From the NCBI GenBank assembly GCA_964252035.1, contig CAXUOO010000044.1: 64,000 bases of DNA, one strand, 5' to 3'. The translations under genes and the position numbers were made by a program. Positions within the stretch are counted from its first letter, which is position 1; every line of letters begins with the position of its first letter. This document shows positions 37,501 through 51,162 of the stretch, in pieces. A model generated the notes under the pieces. That model was not told where the DNA came from, ran no database searches, and worked only from the letters and a program-made list of their open reading frames with translations. The DNA comes from Podarcis erhardii. Lineage: Eukaryota.

Positions 37501-40500
37501 TATCATTGGAATTATAAGTTTACAAATACATATATATATGTGTATAAATCTTTCGTGTAGCATACCCAGACAAAAAAGTGTGTGGCAACACAACTGTTCG
37601 TTGTGGTACTGGTTGAATGAGGACATCATAAGAAAAAAATTACATATGTACATGTACATATGTATACATATGCCAAGTATGTATTTACGTCCAGAATTCG
37701 ATGTGTAGGAAACATCATGGAAACGTCTTGTCCATGCATCGATTGCTATCCCACAACGTTTTGTATACAATTTGGTAGTCTTCATTCGAAGTAGAAGACA
37801 CGCTTCCGATCTTTGTCTAGTGGGCAGCTGTATACGTCGTTGAAAGAGTTGTCTGTGAGTACATGTCTAATTTCTACAGATTTTTCTCCGCTCGTGAATA
37901 TTTCTTCTTGACACACACACACACGTGTGTGTAATTAGAGTATTTTTGGGGGAGGCATGTGCCGCGTAGTTTTCCAGATGGGTCGCGAACGAACAGATCC
38001 GAACTGTGGGGTGACCCTTCGGGGTGAAGAGAGTCTTGACGACTTCGTTTCAGAGACGCTGCTGCTCCTGAGACTGTACCGAAGGTGTCTGTCCGTGTAT
38101 TTTGATTCCCTCTTTTCGTGAGCGGTTTGTCTGTTCATCTGTCTGAGTAGTCTCTCCCTTTTTCTTTAGTTTCCCAGTAGACGAAGACGTCACGACTGGA
38201 GACGCCTGTCCAGCTGCACTCACACGCACTTTCCAGTACAGCGTGGCACTGCTGCCTGAGCGACTGGAACTGCCTGTGCTTCTGTCGCCGCCTGTTGTTG
38301 TAGCTGCTGCTACAACAGCCAGTGCTTTGCCTGCTCCGACGCCACTGAGTCTGTATTGCAGCACTGGCTGTTGCTTGCCTAAAGCACTGCAGGAGCAGGC
38401 GTTGAAGGAGCAGCAGCAGCAGTTGCTGGGAGCCCAGGAAAAGTGGGAGAAAGACTTGGTTAAGCAGATCCAGTTCATTACGCTAGACAGCAGAGACTTA
38501 CCGCCTAAAGTCAAGAACGGCTGTCAAGCTCTGCTTGAACATCGGGCGTCGCTGCTCGCAGTAGTGGCAGTAGTGCTGCCAGTGGAGGTGCTGGGCTTGG
38601 GGCTGCTGGTCCGTGGGAAGAAGAACTAGTGGTGCGTGTGTGGGTGTTTTGTCTTAGCAGTTGCTTGCACACATATTCACAGAGTAGCAGTTGCTTGCAC
38701 ATCTTGTGGCAGTTCTTCCACTCGTCGTCGTGCTGTGTGGAGGGTCGCTTTGTTGCTGCACGGTCGTGGAGGATGTGTGTGCAGATCTTCGCTTTCTCTT
38801 GCGCTTTCGCTTCTTCGAGGGGTTCTCAGAGGAAAAGGCGTTCTTTGCTTCGAACTGCTCTTGCTTCGTAGTTCTGTCATTTTCTGACCGAGTGCCTGAG
38901 TTCTTCGAGAGCGCTTTCGACCGATGTATTTCTGTCGCTTTCAGCAGAGTTTTGTCTTTTTATTCGGGGCAGTGCAGTCGGATTGAGGAGAAGTCTCAGT
39001 CTCTCAGACACCAGCTGAAATGTAGCGATAGACGGTTCATTTGCAGCATGAACAGCAGTAGACTGCCGTTCTTTCTTTCACTCGTGGCTGTTGGACATTT
39101 ACGACAAAAAAAACTGCTGACACGGTTGAGGACGAAGTGCGAGGATAGGAATTTCAATTTTTCAATCGTAGCTCGCTTTTCTGTAGTAGTAAGCAGAGTG
39201 AACAGCAGTCCGTAGCACATTTTGGAGCAACAGCTGCAGTAGACATTAATAAAGCAGCAGCACACACACAAATCGAACTTTTTCTCAGTGTGTTGCGGAT
39301 CCTCTGATGGCACCACAAAGCTATCCGGTTTTTTCAGAAAAATAGGTCAACTCTAGCGGTTGACTCAGTCTAGAGCACGGGTTCCAAATGAGCTTGTATA
39401 TACTGAATATCTGTATGCACATACTGAAGATCAATACTACACTCGTGTATATACACTGTACATGTGTGAAGTGCACGCAAAAGCAGCAACAGACTTTCAG
39501 CTGCAGCAAACACAATTACAGACGTGGTGGCATCAGGGTTAGCTAGCAGGATTGCAGCTACACAATAACTACTAAAACAAAGGAATGGTGGCACTCGTCT
39601 ATGCAGCAATGTTATATAGTAGCAATAGCAGTTGCAACAGCAGGTCCCTTAAAAACACACACACACACACACACACACATTGACAGCAGCTCTCAAAGCA
39701 GAAACAGATAGTATGTTTCGTGCAGCGGTTTACAAAGCAACAACGGCAGTTGAAGATACAGCAGCAAGTGCAGGTATTGTCGCAATAGCAGGGACAGCAT
39801 AAGTTTGACACTCTCTACAAAACTGGGCGGAAGTGGAAGTGGAGGCACAGAAAGTCGTTTTCAGAGAACACTTGCTCTGCATAAAAACAGTATTCATGCT
39901 TCCTAGTCTCTCTCTATACATCGGAAACAAAATAGCAATGGTTTTTCCCCCGGGAAAATTTCATAGCCTAACTCTATACAAAGCATTGAAAACCTCGTCA
40001 TCTTCTTCTTTTTCCAGAGAGGAGAATCTACGTTCTAGACGCGTAGTTTTTTTTTTATTACGAAAAAGAAATTTTTTTATCACTAAGTCTCTTATATACT
40101 TCAAAGTCGTCAACCCACATGTTTACGTACATACACTTATATACATATACGTGTATATTTATGCATGATCTGCGAGATGTTTTTTTGCTCCGCAAAACCT
40201 TATAATTTTTTTGTGATAACAAATCATATGAGCACTTACTCTTCTCCATACACATATGTATACTTTCCATATAGAGTATATTACTACGGTGCCTTGAGAC
40301 CATTTTCTATTCACGCATATACTCGAAGTGTGCAGATGAGTGGTTGACAAAGAGATTCTACATGCTTCTGGATGTTGTTGAATGGTAGAACTGATTTTTT
40401 CTAGGAGCTGCAGCACTGCGTATGACTTTCTTTTACTTCTGAACTCATTCAGGAATCGTTAATGTCCAGATACACATTCTGCTGCGTGAATTTTCTCTTT

Positions 40501-43439
40501 CTTTGAGTCTCCTTTTCTCTATATATACTATCGTTTGCAATGGTGAACTTCTTGAATCGTGTATTGCGTTGGTCCTTCATGTGTATATCTACTTATTTGC
40601 ATCAAAATTTCGACTGATAGACACCATATGCTTGACATATTATATATATACATATATTTATGTATATGTGTATTTTCACAGCAACACTGAAACACAAATG
40701 TGTACATATATGTGTTTTTACATAAATATGTGCGTCTAGGTCTTTCTAGTATCACTCAAGTTTTCACTCTGAACCTTGAATGTGTAAAGAGATTCTTTCC
40801 TTTTTTCACGCAGCAACGAAAACTGTTTTGCATTATCTCGAGCGCGAGTGCACTTACACGTAGATGTATATTCAGATTCGTGTCGTAATCTATACATATG
40901 TACGCGTTTTACGTAAGCCTATCATATATATACATATGCTATATGCGTCTGTATAGAGTTCAGGTTCTTCACGACTTTTTGGATTTTTCGACTTAAAATT
41001 TTTTGTGTTTTCGGGATTGGTGATTCATTTTTTCAGAACTCTTTTCTAGGCTCGAGCATATTTGTATCTAGTTTTTGCATGCATATGAACCTAATTGTTT
41101 TTTTTTTCAGATCAGCAAATATGCCGAGTCTTTGATACAACTGGAAAACCCACCAGCAGTGGGACCGACGGGTTGGCGCTGCGTTGACTGCGGCGCTACA
41201 AAAAATTTGTGGCTGAATCTATCGGATGGGTATTGAAATTTATGCATGTCATTGTTTGACTATCATTTACCTCGTAAATGTGCATTTATTTAAATATATC
41301 ATGTTTATATCTCTTAGTGTGTATGTATATAAGTGTATGTGTATATGTTAGAGAGCTGCTCTGGGCACGACACTGCGTCTATCTTGCGGCGCTAAAATTT
41401 CCGTTTCACTTTCTGGGCGACGATATATGCTTTTTTCAATCAAGTCCTCCACATTATGTCTCTCTATACATATACTTATACATGAAAAGCCACAAAAATA
41501 TTATTTGTACATGCATATGTGTGGACATCTGTATGTGATTGTCGCTGTGCTGATGGCGGAGTTGCAAAGAATTCATTACTGTGTCTCTATACTGAGTACT
41601 TGCAACTCACTTTGAGTAAATATGGTAGTCTACTATGACTAGTTATATGGATTATTACGGAAGTGAGTATACATATAGTGAAGCCTTATGTATATTGCCG
41701 CTGCTTTAATTTTTCAGCATAGACATACGTATAAAAGTATATATTCATACATACATATATTGCCGCTGCGTTAATTTTTCAGCATAGACATACGTATATA
41801 AGTATATATTCATACATACACACGTATATGAGACCAGTTTTGGAAAACCCAGAAAGCCAGTCTATACATTTTTATATGAGAGGTTAGGTTTTTCTACGTC
41901 ATGATCACCTTATAATGTAATATATTTTTCTGCGAAGTAACCATATTCTATATATATATATATGAGACCAGTTTTTGGACGGCCTAGAAAGCCAGTCTAT
42001 ACAATTTTATTTGAGAGGTTAGGTTTTTCTACGTCATGATCACCTTATAATGTAATATATATTTCTGCGAAGTAACCATATTCTATATATATATATATAT
42101 GTACATATATGTAAGCAAAGGTATGTGTATATATCAATTTGGTGAAAACTAATGATCTAAGGTTTCATCCAGATGTACGTATACATATATACAGGCTGAA
42201 ACGCATATACGTATATAGATGTGTATGTACCTGGGCATAGAGGCGTTGAAGATAAAGTAGAAGGATGGAGTGTTGAAGCGAATGAGGGACTGCTAGGGTG
42301 TGCAGAAGAGATAAAGTAGCGACTCTTTTTTCTAGATATTTAATAAGTACGCTTATATTGACGCCCTGAGTCGGTAATCTAGGGGTATAGCCATTCGACT
42401 TGGCAACGGTCACTTTTGATACGAATGAACATTTGAGCGCTTTTTTGGTAATTTTTATACCAAGACGTATATGAGCTCAGCTTTTTGATCTGCACTGTTG
42501 CATGTGTTTTTGGCACAAATTTGTTTTCATCTCTGCCCTTGCTGCCTCCTTCAAAAGTTCTCAGCTGCTCCTATTCATGTACGTGCTGTTCAGTCTGCCT
42601 ACTCTGTGAGTTGCAGTAAATTTTGTCCCATAGCCGAGCTTTGTAGTGAAGTACTTAATTTTTTTTCTTTGAGAGCCCCGTTAGAGCTGGTGTTGATGGT
42701 GCTGTTATGTGATTTGAAATAGCTTCAAGCTCACGCTTGATAATAATAAGTCTTTTGAGCCCAAATTTTGAACGCTGTCATTAATTCTCTTTTTTAATTC
42801 GGCTTTGGGATTGTGGCCGTCAACTTGATTTGAGTCGAAGTGCTTCCAACTCTCAGCTAGCTCTTCTACTCAATACCGGCTGCTCCATTCCGGTTGAGTC
42901 CTCGGCTCATATCGATGCTCTTTTCAGTGCTGTGGGGGGCTGTGGCTAGCCAGTTTCTGGACGTGTCGATGATGCTGCTGCTATTCTGAAATTTTCCAAG
43001 GAATGCTGTGTGTGGGGCTTCTTTGCTGAGATGCAGCTGTTAAAGATGCTGTAGTTAAGTCGATGTTGCGATTTCTACTGCATATAAATCTGTATTCAGT
43101 AGTGGCGCTACTACGCTTCCGCTGTTCTTCTCACTGCGAAATAGGAAGTGCTGTACAAATATGTACGTAGATGTGTGTGAATACAGATAACTGAATAGAA
43201 TAAACAATTTCTAAAAAACCACTAGTGTAGCAGTGGTGGTTTTGTCAATGCAGTTGTAGTGTGTGGCTGCTGGTGCGCTTGCAGTTTTATTGGTTGTGGT
43301 CGAAGGCTTTACGGAGTCGGCGGTGGCTGTGCAGATGGCTCAGAAGGCGCTTCGATTCGGCATTTCCTTGTATGTGTGTTTTTTCTTTCTTTTTTAAGGG
43401 GCTTGATATGGACAGGACTTTGTCAGTCTAAAGAGTGCG

Positions 43440-43486
<47 letters not shown>

Positions 43487-46400
43487 CAAAAGGGAGTTAT
43501 ATATGTATATGGGAGGTTGTGTAAGTCGTAATTCTGGTTTTCACAATGACGCTCTTATTCTCTTTTTCGAGGTCTTGTTGTTCTACTGTGAGACACATGT
43601 GTTTCGCTACAATGCTTTCGGATGATCTCTGCGTATAGCTGAAGCTTCTTTTGAAGCATCGCTAAACGTAATCCTTTCTGCTTTTATTGGCGTTTCTTTG
43701 TGAAGTCATTCAGTATGCTAATTTTTTTACACTGGGGAGAATAGTTCGAGTAAGGTTTTCATATAAGCACACCAGACAAGCTCTATTTTTCTGTACCTAG
43801 TCAATATTACTACTTTTGTATATACATTGTTTGTCTTCTTCTGCGATTCTAGACATATACAAATAGTTTGATTTCAAGTAAACATGTCTTGCCCAATCGT
43901 TCGAGGAAGCACGGAAAACACAGCAACTTATCTTTATTTTTTGTAGCACATACATAAAGTGATGTCGATTTCGACATCGACATATGCCAGTCTTCATTTC
44001 ACACTTTTCATTTGTCTGTAGTCAAAGCTTTCTATCAACTGTGGAAACGGCTGTTGCTCTACGAAACTAATCAACTAACCTTCTGCATACACGCGTGTAT
44101 ACGTATACATACAAATGTTCATGTTTACATATGTGCACATGTACATCAATGCGTGAATACATGGATATATATTTAAATTTATACATGTGTACATATATAC
44201 ATTCACATACATTCATTCAAAGACATACACGCATACATACATACATACATACATACAGACAGACAGACTTAAGTAGATATATACATACACATACGTATCA
44301 TCCACACACATACATATATATATTCGCACATACGCATACATTCATTCATATACGTATACGTGTTTAGCATACATACATACGTATGTATATACACCTTTGT
44401 ATACACACATATACATATCTTGAATTCCAAGTGTGTATATAGGACTATGTGTAGGTGAGTGAGATTTTGTATACACGCAGGTAGGTTTTGAATACATTTT
44501 CAAGAAGGAGTTTTTTGTGTTTGTGTAGGCAACAGGAAAGAAGTTTCCACTCATAGTAAAGTTAGGAACAATAACGCCTTATTCAGCTGATGTGTATTCT
44601 TACGCTGAAGACGAAGATTGCGGCGTTGTTGATCCATTGCTGCCTCAACATCTTTCTCATTTTGGCGTCAATATTCAGCAGGTTAGCTCCAATACTCTCT
44701 GACATGGGCGCAGAGTCATATATTGCCCAAAATATAAATTGCTAAATATATATATATATATATATATACGCATATATGCGCATAGATACGAGTCTCGACG
44801 TGGTTTTAATCTGCATTTTATAAAGCTGCGCGTTGACGGAGACAGGCGCATGACTTTTAATACATTACCTCGATTAATTTTTTTACGAATACGTACACAT
44901 TACACAGTCATGCACAACCTAGAGATATTCACTTCACTTTCTTGTACACAGCTCTATTTTTGCAATATATGTACATATATATATATGTATACACAAATAT
45001 ATGTATTTTAGGTGCTCGCTTCTCTGGAATACTAGCATTTCTGCGTTCATCTGATTTTGTGTATGTATTGTATTTCCTTCTTTAGTCGGGCATGTAGACG
45101 GTTCTGCAAGCATCAATTTTATGTCTGTAATATGTAGAGAGAGAGTGTGTGTAGCTAATCTCATTATACTCTTCTTGAATTTATTTGTAGTTCACGCATG
45201 CATAGGCATGTATGGCGCGACGAAGTCGAAGGACTTGAAGTTGTCTGATTTTGCGCCTCTTTTTCATTCGTGAGCGTGCAGAAACATCTCCACACAAAAC
45301 CTTTTTTGAGTATATGCAGAGTAAACATATATATACATATATATCATATAGTTTTGGAATGGGTTGCTGCTATTTCTCTTTGCAGTCGTAGGTGATTGAA
45401 TAGGTACGCTTATGCCGAAGTTTATGTTGCTTTTTTTCTCTTCTTGCTGTATGTACATGGCATCTGAATGGATGACACTGTAGAGCCTAGTGAAGACCCA
45501 TTTTTTTGGGGCATACATGTAGCTCAGTATGGAAGAAAAAAGCACCTAGTATTTCTTTCTTCTCTTTATATAGAATGAGGTGTAGGATCATTTATGTGAC
45601 CTTTTTCTGGTGTATGTACACTGGAAGATACCGCGGAAAAAACCCGAATTTATACCTAGGCATCTGTCAGTCTTTTTTTTGAAGTTTTTCCTCGTGTTGT
45701 GTATAGAAAAAAAAGCTCTACAGAGACGAATGAAAGCTTTTTATAGTGTTTGTATATTTTCGCTTGTTGATTGCTTTTTGCTTGTGTTTAGCTGAGTAAA
45801 ACAGAAAAAAGCACAACGGAGTTGGCACTAGATTGGAACGTTCAGCATGAGTGGTCACGCGCTACTGAAGCGAACATGCAGCGCCGCCCCTGTAGGGGTC
45901 CGGGATTTGTTGGTTTGCGAAATCTTGGAAATACTTGTTACATTAATTCCGTAGTTCAGGTACATTGAACTCTTCGTATCGTTGATCTTTCTGCATGTGT
46001 TCGATGCTTCAGCGATTATTCTTCAACAAAACACGCTCTTCGCTGTACACAAGCATACATATGTTTACATGTATTTATGCATAGTAAAAGATGCAGCAGT
46101 GGAACGCAGTCAAACCAACTTTTTGTACTTCTTTCTTTGGTCTAAGTGAGCTCACAAACGTGTAGTTGCTGTCGGTGAAAAGCAGCTGTCCTTGCTTTCA
46201 TGACACTTTTGGGGTAGTTTTACTGTGTGAAAAGCGCTGGTGTGTGATGATCTAGATCGGCTGCTGGACGCTTGTGCTAGTGGCTCTGCATTTATATTGA
46301 TAAACCTCCTTTCTTATTATCCTTATCAACAGACTGTTTCTCGTCCATAAAAAGAGGAGATTGAGCTGTTTTGATGGTGGTAAATGCGCGTTGCTGTTGC

Positions 46401-49400
46401 TGCCTGTTTTGTCGATCCCTCATCCACACACAAATTTATGGCTGTGCTGCTCATATGTTTGGTGCAGCTTTTGGTCGTGCCTGAGCACTCAGAAAAAGAC
46501 AGACTAGCCTTCATTGTTATTCTATCCACTGCTTTTGTGTCGCTACTGCTGTCGGTCTCAGTCTGATCTAATTTCGCATTCAAAGTAGTCCAGTTCAGCG
46601 AAAAAGAGGCAAATTTTTGCTGCTTAAACTCGGCATCATTTTGTTTTGCTCTCACATTATGACAAGTCGATGCTCAACAACAACAACAACAACGAATGTC
46701 TAAAAGTCACACACGCCTTTTTGGGCCTTTTCATTAGTGCTCCTGATTTGTGTCCGTAATGAAAGCCGCTTTTTTCTCTGCCGAAACGTGAAAAAATCGT
46801 GAAACCGAGACTTTTGTGGTCATTTCACCAGCACTGAAAAGGGCTGTTGCTGCAGGAAAAATGACTTTGCTGCTTTTCTTTTCACATGCGCTGAAGGGCG
46901 TTTTCTGCTGCTTTGCTGTGCACCACGCGACGCGCAGTTGTTGACTTCAATTCCAGAAGTGAAGCAGAAATATGTGGCTTTGTTTCCTATGCTGCTGACT
47001 TCACTGCCTCTGGGAAAAATCAACAACCAAAGTAACAGCAGAGAAGGGGGGGCTGCGGCAGCAGCTGGGGATTTGTTGCTGCAGCAGAGCAGTTTGGCAG
47101 TGGCGCTTCAAACTCTACGATATCCCTTGCAAGATCGACGACGCAGAAATGCTGTGCTTCACCAGGCAAAAGCTTCGATTGCTGCTGCTGCTTCGAATTC
47201 CGTTGTTTTTGATGCTTCTTTGGCTCGAGAGCGTGAAGAAGAAGACGCTGATGATGCTGCTGATGCTTTCAAATGTAAGTGCTTTCTTCTCTTTACGCTT
47301 GTGCAGGTTCTAGTTCCCGCAACAATCTCGAAGAACAGCGACGCTTTACGCTATGTGTGTGTGGGGATCTGTCATTTTTGAAAAACTCGACAATATAATC
47401 AGGTCGATGTTCGAGTCGTGTTTCCATTTCTCTCTCTTTGGATTCCTCTTTTCGGTGCGGTGTCTCTGCTGTGTATCGTGTGTGTGCTTAGTCGTGTATG
47501 ATGTGTCTGTCTTTCTTTGTAGTCATCTTCCTGTCTTTGATGCCTATCTTCGTTTGTCTGTTTTCCGTATTTATCGAGTGTGTGTTTATGTATGGATGCG
47601 TCTATCTGTGTGTCAAGATGCGTCTAAGAAACGATAGAGTACAACGTGTACGAATTCAGCAATTCATCAAACTATATTGAGGGAAGTGGATTAGGGAATA
47701 GTGAAGATATAAGGTTTTATTTGGCGCAAAATTTGGGGCCGGGAGTCGAACTCTTGTAGTTGCAAAGGCTGCTGTTGCTGTTGTTACGCTGCTGTTTCTG
47801 AAGAAATATGGCCATCTCTGTATTATGTGTATCACTGCGATTTGGTGTTGAAAACGACTCCTTGTCGATCACTTCTCTTCTTCCATGTTTATATGGATCT
47901 ACATGGTCTCCAGTTTTGCTGCCTCTTCGCGCTTCTGTTGCATTCGTTGTTTCTTACTTCGTACACATTTATCAATTTTTGACGTGCACCGAGGACTGTG
48001 AAGAAGGCATTTCCCACAACACAGTTGCATATATGTTCAATTCTTCACTGCAATCACGAAATTTCCGTGTTTACACATACATTTACAGACTAGATTTCGG
48101 TTCCTGCCTGTTGTTAAAGCTGTCGCTGCCTATGACGTGCTCTTGTGGCCGTTACTACCGTCACTTGGCTTGCTGCTGCTGATGTATCAGGGCTTTTCGC
48201 TCGTTTTCCATAAGTTTCTTTTCCTTTTCTTGACTTGTATAAATACTCTCTTGGAACAGTTGACTTGTACGCAGATAGCTGCTACACAACACGTGTATAC
48301 ATATATGTGCTTGCAACAACAATCACACACATACATAAAGCTTGATCTGTATAGACTTAGATATTTCTACCGAGTAGTCTTCAGTAGATGTGCTCAATGT
48401 GACTGTATACCGAAAATCTGTACATCTCACACACAGATGCATTTACTATACGCGTCCGTACAGCCAGACACAACCACAAACATATGTCTAATGGGTGTTC
48501 GAGTTTTTTTGTGATTTTCGCTGCTTTTTCATTGAACAAGCAAATCTTCTGCGTGTGAACGGTCGGATCCCGTGCAGCTGTGCACATCTTCAATTGTGAT
48601 ACGGCAGACCTGGAACGAATATCTCTGTACATTGATACACGCAGCCACAGACCCGAAACATCGATATCGAAGATATATATTATAATCTACGCTGATATCT
48701 TCTGCTTCCTGAGTTGAGTATTTGGATTTTGTTTTGGTCTTCGTCTCGTTTCTTCTGCGTCGGTGTTCTGTGTGGACAGTCTGAGGTGTACATACACCTG
48801 CCTGACAGCCCAAATACACCTGATTCGTGTGTATATATGTAGAGAAAGCTTTTGGATGTTCAAGTCCGTACACATGAGTAGTATTACATAAATATATATA
48901 TGTATATATGTAGACACCAGAAGTTTATACATTCTAGAATGCTGTTGCTTCCTTGCTTTTTCGACTGAAGAGCCTCTTTCTGTCTTCAGTCACCCAAATT
49001 GCGAAGCTTGGCTAGACTCTGTTGTTTTTTTTTCTTCCATTCCAGCCTTGTCGTATTTGGAAGTGGACAGCGTGACTCCGCAGCTGTACAGAAACTTGAT
49101 GGGATGCCTGCATGCAGAGTTTGCGAGTTTTCATCAACAAGATGCTGAAGAGTTTCTGCAGTACCTGTTTCAGTGGATTTTTTCACGTGAACAAACTCTC
49201 GCTCAAAGACTGCAAGAAGCCCGACGCCGTCTGTCTTACTTCAGCGCTGCTGAAAAGCAGTCAATTGGGGCTGCAAGTGATAAATCTAGCGCTGCAGGTG
49301 CGGCTATTCGAATCACCATCAACGGTCCTACCGTTTCTGCTTCAAAGCGATGTCTCTTAGACAGTGGTAGAATTGTGGAAATATATCTGGAGAATCCACA

Positions 49401-51128
49401 AAGGAAGTTGTAGTGACGCTGCTATGACTGCTCCTGCTTCTGGATAGTTCATTAGGAGACTCAGCAGAATGGCGCTACTCGTAATAGTACTCGTGAAGTG
49501 GAAATAGTTGTTGTTGTAGTATTAGTAGTAGTAGTAGTAGTAATACTAGTAGTAGTCGTAGTAGTGGTGTACTACTAGTGATAGTTTTAACACTACTAGT
49601 AGTAGTCTAGTTGTAGTATTTGTGGTGGTAGTAGCAGTAGTAGTGGTCTGCTGAATATGCTGGTGTGGTGCTGGCGATGTTGATGATAATTGTGATGAAA
49701 TACAGCAGGAGTTAAAGAAGCAGAAATAATATCTGCAGAAAACATGGACGGACTGGAAGCTGCAATAGCTGCTGCTGTTGGATTCACCGCAGGAGCAGCA
49801 GCTCGTGCAGAAGAAGCTTTGCAAGGCAGCAGTTTGGAGCAACTTTTCACTTTTGCAGTAAGAAGTGCTGGTTTTTTCGGATTCAACGAAACGTTGGTGA
49901 AGACGTGTTACACTGCGGGACTTTTCCTCACACAAAGAAAAAAAGAATTGACTGCTTCAGTTTTGATAGAAAAGGTGTCTACGAACTCAAGTTGTGATGA
50001 ACAAAAATGGAGAAAAAACAGTCTTTTTCTTTTTTTCGAGTTGGTTCCATTTCATTTTTTTAAAACGGAAACACCCGCACCCAGTTGATATTGTTTACTT
50101 CTGGGCAGTATTATGGAGAAAGAATTTCGAAAGTCAGACACCTCGGACATGTTCCAGTACCGATATCAATGCTGAGTTGGGCTTAATGTATGTATATGAA
50201 GTACGGGAGACGTAGAGAGTCAGACAAATGCAGAAGGAGCAATGTACTGAAATTTCTCCAGTTTCTCGCTTTTTCTGAAGTGTGAGTAAACTTCAGTCAC
50301 TGCTTCAATTCACATCTTTTTTCAAGCAAACGCTTACAAATACATATATACATATATATAATATATATATGTATATAGAGATGTGTGTACTCAATATTTG
50401 TGTTTGCGTAATAAATTCGAGCACCGCTTCAGGGCAAAGAGATACACTGCCTCTTTTTACCAGGTTTGATTCACAAAGTCGTACACATCTTCTAAAAACC
50501 ATACATAAATCTGCTACCGATACATACATATATATATATAAATGTATATATATAGGCATATATGCATATGCTTCAGGACATATATATATGTTTTTAGTAT
50601 TGATATGTGTGATTAAACTCTGTTTTTCATTCTCAGGTGGAGCAGCGAATTCAGTGCAGCGTAACACAGCAAGTCAGATATTCCTACACAAAGCAGCAAG
50701 TACTGGCTTTACCAGTACCTATGGACCCGGCTATTCAAGAAAAATATGAGCAGCAGCAACAACAGCAGCAGCAAGCAGAACGTCTGCAAAAGCGCCACAA
50801 AGCTGCTGGCGCCCTTGGCGCTGTTGCCGACGCTTGTTCCTCCAACGAACAAAAATCTTTGAAAAATTCTGAATTTCAGAGCAGTGAACTTGCTGAAATA
50901 GCAGCAAATCCTTCCACAACCCAGGAAGAGCCACAGAAGGTAGGCGAGAAACACTTCTAGCTTTTATTTTATTTTTTTCCGTTGCAGAAGCCGTTGAAAA
51001 CACAAAATAAGCGTATGTTTGTAAATCCCTTCACTTATTTATACATGCACTTGAAAACAAATTTTACACCTGCTCATGACCAGCAGGATGACTCGTGAAC
51101 ATCACTCCTCTTTTCATTCATGTGTGGG

Positions 51129-51162
<34 letters not shown>

